Positions 24,210 to 24,813 of a DNA stretch of 24,813 bases are shown piece after piece; position 1 is the first letter of the stretch, and every line of letters begins with the position of its first letter. The position numbers and the translations under genes were made by a program. The stretch is from IMG/VR virus record IMGVR_UViG_3300037631_001479, positions 1-24,813 of that record; one strand, written 5' to 3'. The stretch comes from a virus. Its lineage: Duplodnaviria > Caudoviricetes. The notes beneath the pieces are model-generated. The model made no database searches and was not told the origin of the DNA. It worked only from the letters and a program-made list of their open reading frames with translations.

Positions 24210-24416
24210 TTATCTGTTAAACAAATGCGCTGCGCAGCCATTGGTGTCGCTTACAGCATAAATCATTGTGCGTTGGTCGCCAAAGCTATCAGCATATGCA
24301 CACGCCTCGTCAATATTATTAAATTCTTGCTTAGTGCGCTTACCGCCAAAGCCGCGCACAGCAGTAAACATTACAGCAGTATCGTAACAGTATTGTTCAA
24401 ATTCATTAAGTTTCAT
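24210..24416 (-). CDS. Hypothetical protein (68 aa; start revised from 24470)
   Basis: GGAGGG RBS before ATG 24416; dedicated promoter upstream. Confidence 0.7.
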   Translation of the reverse strand: MKLNEFEQYCYDTAVMFTAVRGFGGKRTKQEFNNIDEACAYADSFGDQRTMIYAVSDTNGCAAHLFNR

Positions 24417-24440
24417 TGTTTGCCCTCCGTTTGTGTAAAC

Positions 24441-24470
24441 ATTATATATACAAACTGTAAAGGATTGCAA
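24441..24470 (-). promoter_or_regulatory. Leftward sigma70 promoter associated with two TTTACA boxes
   Basis: Minus strand reads TTGCAA-18 bp-TATAAT; one TTTACA lies in the spacer and one just after the -10. Confidence 0.6.
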
Positions 24471-24471
24471 T

Positions 24472-24813
24472 ATGGAAAGTAAAGAAAATAAAAATAAAGG
24501 CGGTAGACCACTAATAGAGCTTAACGAAGAACAAAAGGGTGAGTTGGAAACATTAGCGGCTGTGCTTAACGTAGAACAGATTGCAGATTACTTTGGTATA
24601 AGCAGGCGCGTATTCTATGACATCATGGAAAGGGACGCAGAAGTTTCTGCACAGTATAAAAAGGGTAAAGCTAAAGCAGTCGGCTTCGTAGCACAAAACC
24701 TTATTCAAAAAGCTAGAGGTGGCGATCTTGGCGCACAGATATTTTACCTAAAAACACAAGCGGGTTGGAAAGAAACGCAAAAGGTAGAAGGCCCAGGTAG
24801 TGATGGCGAGCAT
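24472..24813 (+). CDS. Terminase small subunit (partial, runs off the window end)
   Basis: MESKENKNKGGRP...VEQIADYFGISRRVFY (HTH)...GDLGAQIFYLKTQAGWKE; no stop in the window, so absent from the ORF track. Confidence 0.75.
   Translation, partial: MESKENKNKGGRPLIELNEEQKGELETLAAVLNVEQIADYFGISRRVFYDIMERDAEVSAQYKKGKAKAVGFVAQNLIQKARGGDLGAQIFYLKTQAGWKETQKVEGPGSDGEH

Noticed and set aside
24192-24482. 96-aa plus-strand ORF bridging speD and terS
   Set aside because: The antisense 68-aa gene has a clear RBS and promoter, whereas this frame has a GTG start and no recognisable features; a coupling role for terS translation cannot be fully excluded.

Overview
This window is roughly 25 kb of a tailed dsDNA bacteriophage genome with a podovirus-like structural set. 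The host is probably a marine alphaproteobacterium (inferred from protein families and GCTANA-type -10 boxes). From left to right: tail fibre and chaperone, a P22 gp10-like tail hub carrying an inserted cupredoxin-like domain, four putative DNA-ejection proteins (one with a lysozyme-like N-terminus), portal, scaffold, major capsid protein and a lysis block (several small membrane proteins, 3TM holin, M15 endolysin). These are followed by a leftward early/recombination block (annealing protein, SSB, ParB-like, NinB-like, nucleases) with an isolated rightward RusA, then a Cro-like regulator and a lambda-O-style replication initiator with internal iterons. The window ends with two candidate small RNAs, a ParB-DNA methyltransferase fusion overlapping an S-adenosylmethionine decarboxylase gene, and the start of the terminase small subunit. 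The most interesting signal is the methyltransferase/SAM-decarboxylase pair: the methyltransferase motif I has an Asp where aminopropyltransferases have their dcSAM-selecting Asp, suggesting a dcSAM-dependent DNA modification system. All family assignments come from motif recognition by eye; no database searches were run.
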